From: Carcharhinus longimanus
Taxonomy: Eukaryota
DNA length: 64,000 bases
NCBI GenBank assembly: GCA_030264375.1
Contig: JASCQW010000190.1
Location: forward strand, 51,994,078-52,058,077
Direction of reading: 5' to 3'
Part shown: positions 26,280 to 37,644 of the stretch, piece by piece
Layout: the number at the start of each line of letters is the position of its first letter
How positions within the stretch are numbered: position 1 is the stretch's first letter
Made by a program: the position numbers and the translations under genes
Notes under the pieces: generated by a model
The model's input: the letters and a program-made list of their open reading frames with translations, nothing else
What the model was told of the DNA's origin: nothing
The model's database searches: none

Positions 26280-28426
26280 CTGCAAAAGTACAGGATACTT
26301 ATAACAAAACTTTGTGTGTACAAAGAAGTGGGAGTGTCAACAGTTAGGGCCATGAATAGGCACAAAAGTAAGCATTTGCCAGCAACTATTGATCACTTAT
26401 CATTGAAACGTACTGCAAAACACTTCCATACCATCATTATTAAATGCCCAAGTAAATGTCATTTGTTTTGGGGAAAATTGAACTACAGAATTCACTTTAA
26501 TACAACAAAACTAAGCAGCATGTGCTGATGTTTTAACGTTAACATTTTATACAAATTCACTCTCAGGATGTGAAATCACTTGCAAGACGAGCATTTTTTT
26601 GCCTATCCTATTTGCCCCAATATCACTCAGTAATTAAGTGATTTGTTTGGCCTTTTTCAAAAGGATATTAAGTCGATCAAGTTGATGCAGGACTGGGGTC
26701 ATTGTAGCCAGATCGGATAAAGACTCCAGGTTACCTTTCTCAAAGGACCATTTGGGTCTTTACAACAATCTGATGGCTGCACGGTCATCAAATGAGCTAA
26801 TGACACAAGTTCAAAAGCAATCTTCTAAATAGACTTAGCTAAAAAAAAGCTTCCAGTTCAACTGAACTTATATTTTGAAACAATGATGTTTCAGAGTTTC
26901 CCTCATCTTTAAAAACGATCATACGCCTTGCGTCAGCTACACATGAAAATGGACCAGTTGCAAGGAATACAAGGCAAAATGACACCAGCACTCACATAAC
27001 AAATACATTTGCAGCTGATGAGAGATCTTCTAAAGTGAAAGGAATATGTTATGAACAAGACACAGGAGATGGGGGGATGGGGGGGTGCAGTCAGTCAGTC
27101 AGACTGATAGGAAGATCTGAGAAGACAAGTGCTTCTTAGCTGTATTAATATCAAACATGCAAAAAGTTTATTACATTCACCAACTCTACTGCTCTCCAGA
27201 TTTTAGAGGATGCAGTGAATTATTTGAAGAATTCCAATCAGTTATAAATATATTGCAAATAAAATTTAACACTAAAAAAGTAAATCATCGGCTTGCAAAG
27301 TACACTAATCCTGCATTATAACAGTACCTTTAACATCCCCAGGTGGTCTTACAGCAGCATACAGACAAATTAGAGTGGTTAAGCTGTGGCATTCTCTCTC
27401 ACAGAAGACTGTGGAGGCCAAGCCACTGAATATGTTGAAGGAGGGAATAGATTTCTCAACTCTAAAGGCGTAAAGGGGTATGAGGAGAGGCTAAAGTATG
27501 TTGTTGATAAAGGATCAGCCATGATCATACTGAACAGTGGGACAGGCTTGAAGTGCCAAATTACCCACCCTCTTCCTATTTTCTAAGTTTCTAATAAATC
27601 AAAAGCTTGGGAATACTGTATTACAATACAAAAGATATGTGCAGATATTGAATAGAGCTCATCAGAGACTTGCATCTTTCCTAGTGGAAGCCAGCTACAA
27701 GATAGACATGGTAAATGATACAAGTCTAAAAAGGTAGCTGAAGGGCAAAAATACTGAAAAAAAAATAACTTTACTACTCTTAATTCAAAAGTATGCCAAA
27801 AGTATGAAACATCCTATTAAACGTTGAAAGCATGACCTTGGAATAATCAAACTGTGGTTAGTGCTAAGGCAGGTGTATTTAGTTTTGATATTCAAATGGC
27901 TTTGAAGTGTTTGAATTTTTTTCACGTTAGTGTATTATTACAAGTCATCCACCAAGTACTTCAAGTAGATTAAAGTAAATTGCATTTTAAAGTGTGAATT
28001 AAATCCCCATTCATTCTTCAATTAAATATTCATATATATTTCACCTTTCACAAATTGAAAGCAATAATAGCCGATGTAGCAGATATGTAGTGAGCTTGTT
28101 GCTACACTTGCAAGGTGGCATGTTATGCGTACACTCAGTTTAGCTGCACGTCACCTCTCTGATCCAGACATCCTTGAGCTGCTGCTGATGGATTGGTGGA
28201 TGCAGAACATCAGAAGCAAAGTTCTATCCAACCAACTATACCAATTCCTGATCCTGCACTCAATGCAGGAACCAGCATTTCAGAGAACGGTAACACAGAA
28301 GAAAGTTAGAGGATATGAAACCCTCAAAGATGCAAGTAGAATTTATATATTTGGGTTGGTTCTGCTACAATAAGTTGGTGAAACTGGTGAGTCTTCATGA
28401 CACTTAAGTGAAAATAACTTACTCAC

Positions 28427-28635
28427 CCGATGAAGCTGCTGCAGTCTCATCGCCCTCATACTCATCCTCTATCTCTGTGGTGCTGCCACTCTCCTCAGAC
28501 TCACTGATATCAGTGCTCAGATCAGTACTTGAATCTTCACTGCTCATCTCACCTTCGCCATATTCGGCTGCTAACCTGGCTGATTCTGTGCGTTGCTGCC
28601 TGTTAACTCGGAAGTAGTTGTCCAGCGCTCCAGGC
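28427..28635 (-). CDS. RFWD3: RFWD3 coding exon 2 (RPGALDNYFRVNRQ... acidic/Ser-rich)
   Basis: ttccag|G acceptor, G|gtgagt donor, 209 nt open frame. LDNYFRVNR resembles human LDAYFQVSR (recalled). Confidence 0.9.
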
Positions 28636-29864
28636 CTGGAATTAAGAAAGTTGCATATAAGTTATATTCCATGCTCACCAGATGCCAACAGGGGATAAAA
28701 GCATTACCAGCTTTTTCACAGGAGCTTCAATTCAACTGCTATTATTAAACTGGTGCAGTTACATTTTTTGACCTTCACAGCAACAGAAAGGGTTTACCTG
28801 CCATTTGGGAGCTCAAAAAGTTACAAAGCCACTTGTTTTGTGTGCAGGATCACATTGCTTTAACATGCAGCACTGTCGCAGCAAAATGCTCTTCCACCAT
28901 GTACCAGTCAGTTGCAACCTGCCAAAACAGCAGAGTCCCAGCGCTGTTGCTTTTTTAAAAAAAAATCATTCCTGGGAAAGATAACAGAATGGAAATGCTA
29001 CTGAACTAATAATCTGATTGCTTGAGGTCTGGGGGGTTACAAGTTTAAACCCGACAAAGCAGCTGGAAGAAATAAATTAAACAAAATTTAATTAATTCAA
29101 ATCTGAAATAAAATGTTAGTCCCTTTAACAATCATGACACCACCAAACTGTCATAAAAACCCAGCTTATTTACTCATGTTCTTCAGGAGAGGAAATCTGT
29201 CTTCCTTTCCCAGTCCGGCCTCCTGATATCTCCAAATCAGATGACTCTGAAATGGCCTAGCAAGCCACCCAGATGTATCAAATTGTTACAAAAGAGAAAC
29301 ACAAGTGTATCTACAATACATGGTCTGCAGCAGTTCATCATCCATCCACTGAAGGGCAATTAGAGGCAGGCAATAAATACTGTCCCAGTCAGCAATGTTC
29401 ACATTCTAAGAATGAATTCTTAAAAAAATGTATCACAATAAATGTTGGCATTTCCAGTGACACTTGCACTAATTTTCCCCCATTCTTGCAATGTATTACT
29501 GACTAGGCCTGCATTTAGTGCCCATTGCTATTTCTCTCGAGAAGATAGCGGTGAACCAGCTTCTTGAACCAGTAACGACCACTTGTTATTGATACATTCA
29601 CCGTGATGGCAAGAGGGAGTTCTAAGATTTTGATCCAGAGTCAGTGAAGGAGCAGTAATATCATTCCAATTCAAAGTGACATGTCCATTGCATGGAAACT
29701 TCCAAGTAGTGTTCCTCCGTACCTGCTGCCCTTGTTCTTCTAACTGATAAGAGATTGTAGGCTTGGAAAGTGATGTTGAAGGAGCCTTTTTAAATTCTGT
29801 ACCGCATCTTGTATATGGTACAGACTGCTACACTGTGTGTCAGAGATGGAGGGAATGAATGTTT

Positions 29865-31487
29865 AACAAGAACAAGGAAAGGTACAGTACAGTAACAGGC
29901 CCTTCAACCCTCCAAGCCTGTGCCAATCATAATGCCCGAACAAAACTAAAGAAAAGGCCTTCTGCCCTTACTTGGTCCGTATCCCTCTATTTCCTCCCTA
30001 TTCATGTACTCATCCAGATGCCTCTTAAATGTTACAAATGTGTCTACTTCCACCACCTCCTCTGGCAGCACGTTCCAGACACCCACCATTCTCTACCTGA
30101 AAACTTCCCCCACACATCTCTCTTAAACTTTCCCCTTTTCATCTTGAATCTGTGCTCCCTTGTAGTTGACACATTCACCCTTGGAAAAAGCCTCTGACTA
30201 TCGACCCTTGGGAAAAAAAAACCTGATTTATCCACCCTTGGAAAAAAACCCCTGACTTATCCACCCTATCCATACTGTCATAATTCGTAGACTTTTATCA
30301 GGTCTCCCGTCAGCCTCTGTCTTTTCAATGAAAACAGTCCTAGTTTATTCAACTTCTCCTCATAGCCAATACCGTCGAGACCAGGCAACATCCTGATGAA
30401 CCTTCTTTGCACTCTCTCCAAAGTTTCCATGCCCTTCTGGCAGTGTGGTGACCAGAACTGCACACAATACTCCAAATGCAGCCTAACCATGGTTTTATAT
30501 AGCTGCAAAATGATTTCCCAATGCCCTGGCTGAAGAAGGCAAGCATGCCATTTGCCTTTTTAATCACCTTGACCACCTGTGTTACCACTTTTAGATAAAT
30601 GTGAACCTGCACGCCCAGATCCCTCTGTATGTTAATGTTCTTAAGGGTTCTGCCATTTACAGTATAATTCACACCTAAATTTAATCCTCCAAAATCACAT
30701 TTGTCTGGATTAAACTCCATCTGCCATTTCTGTGCCCAAGTTGGAGGGGCATGGTAGCACAGTGGTTAGCACTGCTGCTTCACAGCTCCAGGGTCCTGGG
30801 TTTGATTCCCAATTTGGGTCTCTGTCTGCGTGGAGTTTGCACATTCTCCTCGTGTCTGTGTGGGTTTCCTCCGGGTGCTCCGGTTTCCTCCCACAGTCCA
30901 AAGATGTGCGGGTTAGGTTGATTGGCCATGCTAAAATATTGCCCCTTGGTGTCCAGGGGTGCATAGATTAGAGGGATTAGTGGGTATAATATGTAGGGAT
31001 ATGGGGATAGGGCCTGGGTGGGATTGTGTTCAATGCAGACTCGATGGGCCGAAGGGCCTCTTTCTGCACTGTAGAGTTCTATGGTTCTAAGTCTCCAATC
31101 TATCCTGTTGTATCCTTTGACAATCCCCAGCAACTCCAGCAATCTTCAGGTCATCCATAAACTTACTAATCAGACCACCCACATTTTCCTCCAGATCATT
31201 TGTATATACTACAAACAACAGAAGTCCCAACACTGATCCCTGCAGAATACCAGTAGCTACAGATCTCCATTCTGAAAAACACCCTTCCACTGTTACTCTC
31301 TGTCTCCTATGATCAAGTCAGTTCTTTATCCATCTAACCAGCCCATCTGAATCTTACATGATTTTATTTTGTACCTGTCTGCCTTGTCAAATGCTTTACT
31401 AAAGTCCATATAAACTACATCCACAACCCTTCCCTCATCAATTGTCTTTGTCACCTCTTCAAAAAATTTAATCAAATCAGTGAGACA
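29865..31487 (-). mobile_element. CR1 (HER1-like) LINE RT/3' portion, interrupted by a SINE
   Basis: Minus ORFs with QGSVLG.LLFVVYTNDLEE..SKFMDD, LYKTMVRLHLEYCVQFWSP and HRFKMKRGKF. Confidence 0.9.
30742..31090 (+). mobile_element. HE1-like tRNA-derived V-SINE with a CR1-type tail (type A), nested in CR1
   Basis: A/B box head (GGTAGCACAGTGGTTAGCAC...GGTTTGATTCC), V-domain GGGTTTCCTCCGGGTGCTCCGGTTTCCTCCCACAGTCCAAAGA, and tail ...CTGTAGAGTTCTATGGTTCTA. Confidence 0.88.
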
Positions 31488-31609
31488 TGCTATGTATCTA
31501 TGTCATGTTTCTTGCGCAGGCATTTTTTTTAGCAGTTAATTCTATTTATCAGTGCCACAATTGGCCCGAACTATTACAATGTTTATTTTATGCTAGACTA
31601 ATACAGTTC

Positions 31610-32199
31610 TGTTATTTTTGTGTTTTCCCCTGGGGTTTTTCAGAGTAGGGTTTGATTAGGTTGATTGACGGGGAAAATGATGTAACTGGCGGGACAAAGA
31701 AGTAAGCTTGGTTGTTGCTTGGAATTGTTAGAAAGGAGGGCCTCTCTTTCCCTCTCTGGATTTGGAGACTGGGATCCATCAGAAAATAAGTCTCATTCTC
31801 TGGAGGCTGCTGTACAAGAGTTAGGAGGCAGGTGTCTTTCTGAATCAGGCCAGAGGGGTTAAAAAGCTGGGAATCTAGCACCCACATGAGTATATCGGTT
31901 TTTGTGTTGCCTGATTCTGAAGAAAGATGCATGTCTATGAGGATACTGCTTAAATTGGAACTATAGAGATTGCTAGCTGTTAAGAATTATACCTTGTTAA
32001 GCATAAGTATGTCAGTTGGTAAAATTTACACTAGTTCTTTTTGTTACCTTTGAACCGTGTTGTTAAATAAAGTTCTTTTTCTAAAGGGTCAATCAAATCA
32101 TAAAATATCTTACGCTCACACTAATGCTAAAATCGAATAAAATTGGGGAATAGGGTAATATCAGGATATACCTTGGAATTTCTGATCTGGTTCCTAACA
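31610..32199 (+). mobile_element. Solo LTR (Gypsy-type)
   Basis: TGTTA...TAACA termini, internal AATAAA near 32066, and flanks AGTTC/AGTTG. Confidence 0.65.
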
Positions 32200-33021
32200 A
32201 GTTGACAAATGGGATTGCAGCTGAATGGGGTGGGGTGGGTTCAATGGTTACACGGTCTCGCCCTATTACACAGGGAGGTGCCCTAGAAATTGATCTGCAT
32301 GACCCTGATAGCATTCTGGCAGGTTATTCAGTTACACGCTCACTCTTGGGTTTTTGCACTGCCTATCAGGATCATGTAGAACAATTTCTAAGGCACCTCC
32401 CTGTGTAACGGGGCGAGAGACCGAGTGTCAAAGAAATTGAAGAGTTGTTGACCAGAAGCACAGGAAATTACTCAGGAAGAGCCAGCTCAAATAATGAGGT
32501 CAATTCAGATCAACAGAACTGGGAGGGGTCGGGGAGGGGACTCAATTATGAAAGAGAGAGAGACAAAAACAATCCATAAAGTAAAATTAATAACATTTAT
32601 TTTCTAAAAATCTCCAGCAATAATTAAAAGCTGAAGGATTGAGACTCATTAATTTTTGGTGACAGAGAGAGGTTGTTAGACTTGCCACACTGTGTAAGAA
32701 GTCTGACAACACCAGGTTGAAGTCCAACTGATTTATTTGATAGCAAACTCGCAAGCGTTCGGGGTTTGCCCCTACATAAGAAATAGGAGCAGGAGTAGGC
32801 CATCTAGCCCTTCGAGCCTACCCCGCCATTCAGTAAGATCATGGCTGATCNNNNNNNNNNNNNNNNNNNNNNNNNNNNNNNNNNNNNNNNNNNNNNNNNN
32901 NNNNNNNNNNNNNNNNNNNNNNNNNNNNNNNNNNNNNNNNNNNNNNNNNNACAGTACTTCAGCTGCGGCCTCACCATGAAGATATCTGTTAACCCCCCAG
33001 TTATTTCTTCCCTTGCCTTGC

Positions 33022-33873
33022 TGTGATATTGTATGAATGAAGTAGTGGCATGATGGGAAAATTGGTCAAGCATTTAGTACAAAGGAAAACTGACTCTGCA
33101 CAACCTAAGACATGAATAAGATCAGAGAAGGCCAAATGCCCGACCTCAGTCTGTCTCGATAAGGTTGACTCCACATATCTTTAGTTTGCATATGTAGTCT
33201 TAAGGTAAGTTCAGAGATGAAAGAATCACAGAACCTTCTACTACATCAGAAAACAAGATATGGCCAGAGATCACGGAACCTTCTTGTTCCTTCAAAGGAC
33301 AAGATAATGATATTATTGATGAGACTTGTTGTTCATCCATCGTCATCGATGAGGACCTCAACACCATTAGTCATTTTGAGGATGGTTGTGGTGTGTCCGA
33401 AGACGACTGATCAGGCCAATTCGGGCACGAAATGTCCTGGCACATATTGGACAGACTTGTGTAGACACTGTAGTTGTTGCGCTGGTGGCTCTGGACTTAC
33501 GCAGCTCGCGCATAAGTTGTGCTTCAGCAATACACCTTGCTTCGTGAGCTTGACAGCCTTTGTGAGACATTGATGCAACAGAGGGGTCTCCGAGCTCACC
33601 GGGTTACAATACAATTAATGATGTTCTACTGCTTGTATTATTAATTGAATTCCTGAAGTCATGTAAGCCGATAAGAAAAAGGTATAACTATTGAATTGAT
33701 TCTTGTGGTTGGGGCGGTTTTGGGATAGAATCAGCAGTTTGTATGGACTGCTCTCTGTTTCCAAGATTCAGCCATATACTGCATGCAGTTTTGTGATAAT
33801 AAAATCTAGTTGTTTTTTCAAAGCAAACTGTTAAGTTTTACTATCACAAAACAAGAAATTCTCCACTACAACA
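33022..33873 (+). repeat. ERV 5' LTR (type A), interrupted by an RTE-type LINE fragment
   Basis: TGTGATATTG...CTACAACA, with AATAAA near 33798. Aligns to 45910-46515 apart from about 250 nt of insertion. Confidence 0.92.
33326..33568 (-). mobile_element. 5'-truncated RTE-clade LINE 3' end inside the 5' LTR
   Basis: Encodes CPICARTFRARIGLISRLRTH (degenerate C2H2 typical of RTE ORF C-termini). Has a (CAA)n tail, imperfect 11-bp TSD ATTGATGAGAC/ATTGATGCAAC, and is absent from the 3' LTR. Confidence 0.75.
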
Positions 33874-33875
33874 TT

Positions 33876-33893
33876 TGGCACTGCGAGCAGAAA
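33876..33893 (+). promoter_or_regulatory. Retroviral primer-binding site, tRNA-Ser-like
   Basis: TGGCACTGCGAGCAG lies 2 nt after the LTR CA end and resembles the complement of the tRNA-Ser(CGA) 3' end (TGGCGCTGTGAGCAGG, recalled). Confidence 0.7.
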
Positions 33894-34094
33894 CCAAAAT
33901 CCTGGGTGAATTCCGTGGGGGACTGAAGAAGTGATCGAGCCATGACTGGAGGGAAGAGACGGACGCCAGCACAAGCTAAGATTTACCTTGGTCTCTCTCT
34001 CTCTCTTGGATCGGTGTTACGACCCTTCATCCCTTGTGGAGGATGCTAACAGGTGACGGTGTTCAAATCTAAATTATACTGTGAGTCGTGGTTA

Positions 34095-34338
34095 GGGTCA
34101 GGGAGCCAGTTGTTGTCAGCCTAGGGTCAGGGATCCAACGAGTAGAGTATTTAGGATCAGGGACCCAGCGAATAAGAGTGTTCAGGGTCAGGGACCCTAT
34201 TGCAACTCACCGAAGGTCAGGGACCCCTTGATCTCTTTTAGATCCAGATCAGGGATACACAGGCTTAATTTGAGTCAGGGACCCCGTGATTTTTCTTAGT
34301 TTGGGTCAGGGACCCCATGATTTTTGGGTCAGGGACCC
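34095..34338 (+). repeat. Array of nine 13-nt GGGTCAGGGACCC hairpin repeats in the ERV leader
   Basis: Copies start at 34095, 34124, 34154, 34185, 34214, 34246, 34272, 34303 and 34326, with a period of 23-32 nt. Confidence 0.9.
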
Positions 34339-34408
34339 CGTGGTTTAATTTTGGTACCAGGAATTCTTTTTATTACCGTTTTTGCCAGGGGCATAGTATA
34401 CTGACGTT

Positions 34409-34486
34409 ATGGGACAGATCTTAGACAAGACAGGGGACAAATTCATTAAACAGATGAGGAAAGAGGGGTGGGATCCATCTCGCCCA
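34409..34486 (+). pseudogene. gag: ERV gag N-terminus (MGQILDK..., myristoylation-type MG start), cut by an assembly gap
   Basis: MGQ start located after the PBS and leader. The rest falls in the N-gap 34487-35001. Confidence 0.65.
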
Positions 34487-35049
34487 NNNNNNNNNNNNNN
34501 NNNNNNNNNNNNNNNNNNNNNNNNNNNNNNNNNNNNNNNNNNNNNNNNNNNNNNNNNNNNNNNNNNNNNNNNNNNNNNNNNNNNNNNNNNNNNNNNNNNN
34601 NNNNNNNNNNNNNNNNNNNNNNNNNNNNNNNNNNNNNNNNNNNNNNNNNNNNNNNNNNNNNNNNNNNNNNNNNNNNNNNNNNNNNNNNNNNNNNNNNNNN
34701 NNNNNNNNNNNNNNNNNNNNNNNNNNNNNNNNNNNNNNNNNNNNNNNNNNNNNNNNNNNNNNNNNNNNNNNNNNNNNNNNNNNNNNNNNNNNNNNNNNNN
34801 NNNNNNNNNNNNNNNNNNNNNNNNNNNNNNNNNNNNNNNNNNNNNNNNNNNNNNNNNNNNNNNNNNNNNNNNNNNNNNNNNNNNNNNNNNNNNNNNNNNN
34901 NNNNNNNNNNNNNNNNNNNNNNNNNNNNNNNNNNNNNNNNNNNNNNNNNNNNNNNNNNNNNNNNNNNNNNNNNNNNNNNNNNNNNNNNNNNNNNNNNNNN
35001 NGTCACTGGGAAAACTCCAGCCCTGGAGTGCAAATGCCAAATTTTGGTA

Positions 35050-36040
35050 TTATAATCGTCTCACAAGATATTTATGGTATTAGATATAGTTAATGAGTTC
35101 TGGTCCATCCCCTTGAACTTTAATTCACGGGATACATTTGTCTTCACAATAGGCGATAAGCAGTATACATGGACTGGACTCCCACAGGGATTCCGTAATA
35201 ACTTGGTCGTATTTCACCAAGCAATGAGCAATTTCTAGAACAACTGGAACTCCCTAAAGGGAGCACAATCTTACAGTATGTAGATGATATTTTGATAGCC
35301 TTTGAAACTAAAGTGGAACTTCGATCTTGAAGCACTTAGAAGATCAAGGGTTAAAGGCAAATCTGGAAAAGGTCCAATTAGGAAAGGTGTTATATCTGGG
35401 ACATTTAATATCCCAACGGATCAAGGAGTTGCCCGTGGACAGGAAAGCCATCATATAGTAAATGCCTAGGCTGGTGACCTTCTGAGGGGTAAGAAAGATT
35501 TTGGATTTATTTAATTATAGCTGCAACTTTATGCCAGAATTTGCTAAATTGGCTAAGCCAATGAGAAGGGCGAAGTGGGAGGCAGTGCTTCCCCCCCCCC
35601 CTTCATTGTATGAGACATGAGAGAAAACCCCGCTGAAGGAAGGTTAGATGAAGGAAGACCACATACATGTGGGAATGTGGATGAGGGAGCAGAGGAAAGT
35701 AGAATAAGGGAGGTGTCCCTGGAGGCACCAGAGAAGACCCTGTTTGTGGATGGGTCACGGAAGTATATAGATGGGTCACCATGAATGGGATGGACCTACA
35801 AGTGGTCTGAACGGGAAGAGTAGAGGGAGATATGTCAGCACAAGTGGCAGAACTGGTAGCCCTGACATAGGCTTTTACTGAGTTGCTGGGAGAACATTTA
35901 TACTGATAGTGGATATGTATTTGGAATTGTGCATGACTATATGACTGTTTGAGGGAGAAGGGGATTTGTCACAACATGAGGCACCTAAATCAAACATGGC
36001 CAGATTTATTAGAGGCCACTGAGCTCCCATCAGTAAAGGG
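35050..36040 (+). pseudogene. pol: ERV pol lineage 1: degraded RT and RNase H
   Basis: Hand translation gives LDIVNEFWSIPL, QYTWTGLPQGF, QYVDDILIA, VLYLGH, then LFVDGS, SAQVAELVAL, YTDSGYVFG and IKHG, with stops, frameshifts and a deletion in the connection region. Confidence 0.85.
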
Positions 36041-37644
36041 TTAAAAAGGATCAAGCAGGCTGACTCTGTATGGTAGAGACAGAGAGAGAGGGCATAATTG
36101 TGCAATCGAGAGCCTCATGTGGTGTAGTAGGGTATAGCCAATCAAAGTGAATTGCTTCAAATTTAATAAATTACGTAGGGATCGGACAGAGATTTGAGCT
36201 CTGCCATGTGGGAAAGGTGGCATTACATTACATCTGAAAAGTTATAAGGAGAATTAACCATTTAGGCACACAGTAGATTTGATTTTGTACTTGCCTGTGT
36301 TGTTTACAAAGGCAGAGCTGTAGAAATAATTAATCATGTAGATTGCTGCACATCAGAATGCTTTCAGTATTTCTTTGTGCATCTGTGCTCCAAGTGATAA
36401 GATCCAGTTGTGTGCTCTTGTGAAACTTTTTTTTACTGTGCCAGAATTGTAAGAATGTGCAAGTGTCTTAATTTAGTAGGGATATTTAAAGGTGATAAAA
36501 ATAGACCTTATTTTGCATTTTCTGGATCAGACTTTTGTTAATTTAAAAATGTGTTCTTGCTAGAACTGACAATGAAAGAATTATTCCTAAGTGTTTGAAG
36601 AGTCCATCTGAGTGAACTTACTCCCCCCACCCTTCTGCTGAAACAAGTGGAGAATCAACCCATTCTGTATCAGACAGAATGTATCTTGGTGTTGTAAGAC
36701 TTGCAGTAATTTTGGGACATAAAGTCAAAAAAAACTAACAGAAAAGGGAGTTATATAAGGTAGAATAAGTGCGTGTGTTTAAAACGTGTGCAAGTAGTGA
36801 ATCAACTACAAACCTGGAGTAGAGCTGATCACAAAGCACACTCTGTTGTAATCTTAGTTTTTGTATTTCAGTGTGTTTGTGTGGTCTGGTCATTTGTCTT
36901 TTGTGAAATATTTATTGCGGCATTAAATACAATGCTTTACATTTCAGTTTCAACATCAAAGCGGCTGAGAAATTGTTAAACTGTTAAGATTTCTTGAATT
37001 TACTTCTGTTTTGAGTTTAATTAGTTTGGAAGAAAGACGAATGAAGATGACTTTACTCATTTTAGAATGCATGTTGGAAGCCTCCATGCGTTTCCGTGTG
37101 TGTTTAATAAAGGGGTTGCGTAGCTATTTCCTTATTATTTGCTTTAATGTTCTTCCCCTAATTGTGATTTTACAACAGTACGTTTGATACAGAGTTTAAA
37201 TAAAAATTGGAAAGTAAATTGAAGTTTAAGAAATGATGTAGACCTTGGAGGGAACCATGCGCTCCTTCCTTTGTCTTGAAGTAGAAATTACGCGAGAGTT
37301 AATTGAGAAGTTAAGAGAATAAGTAACTTTGTGGAAAGAGTCGACTAGGCACCACAAACAATCATTATTAATAAGTTAGAGGGTTAATGCACGTAGAAGA
37401 GGGATTGAGGTATGTGCAGATGGGAAGTCAAAGGATTGGGAAACTTTGAAATTGGAATGTGAACTTTGGGAAAGGAAACATGATGACATGAAAAGACAGG
37501 TAGAGGGCATGAAGCCATTGGCTGATGGGCTAGCCCAACCTGCCTATCAAGTTAAACAACAGGAGGATCCTCCCAGTTGCCCTGGCATGCTGCTGTTTCT
37601 CTATTCACGCAATACAGAGGGAAGAGGACCCCTAGACCTTCCCT

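Noticed and set aside
30175-30270. Triple about 30-nt tandem repeat (ACCCTTGGAAAAA...CTGAC)
   Set aside because: A local slippage duplication inside a dead CR1 copy.
30745-30815. tRNA gene-like sequences (also at 4400, 12165, 18310, 56290 and others)
   Set aside because: They are tRNA-derived SINE heads followed by V-domain and LINE-type tails.
34095-34338. CRISPR array (palindromic repeats with variable spacers)
   Set aside because: The context is a eukaryotic retroviral leader, the repeats are only 13 nt, the spacers are short and partly related to each other, and there are no cas genes.
34345-35083. Long ORFs of 195-231 aa in the ORF track
   Set aside because: They consist almost entirely of translated Ns.
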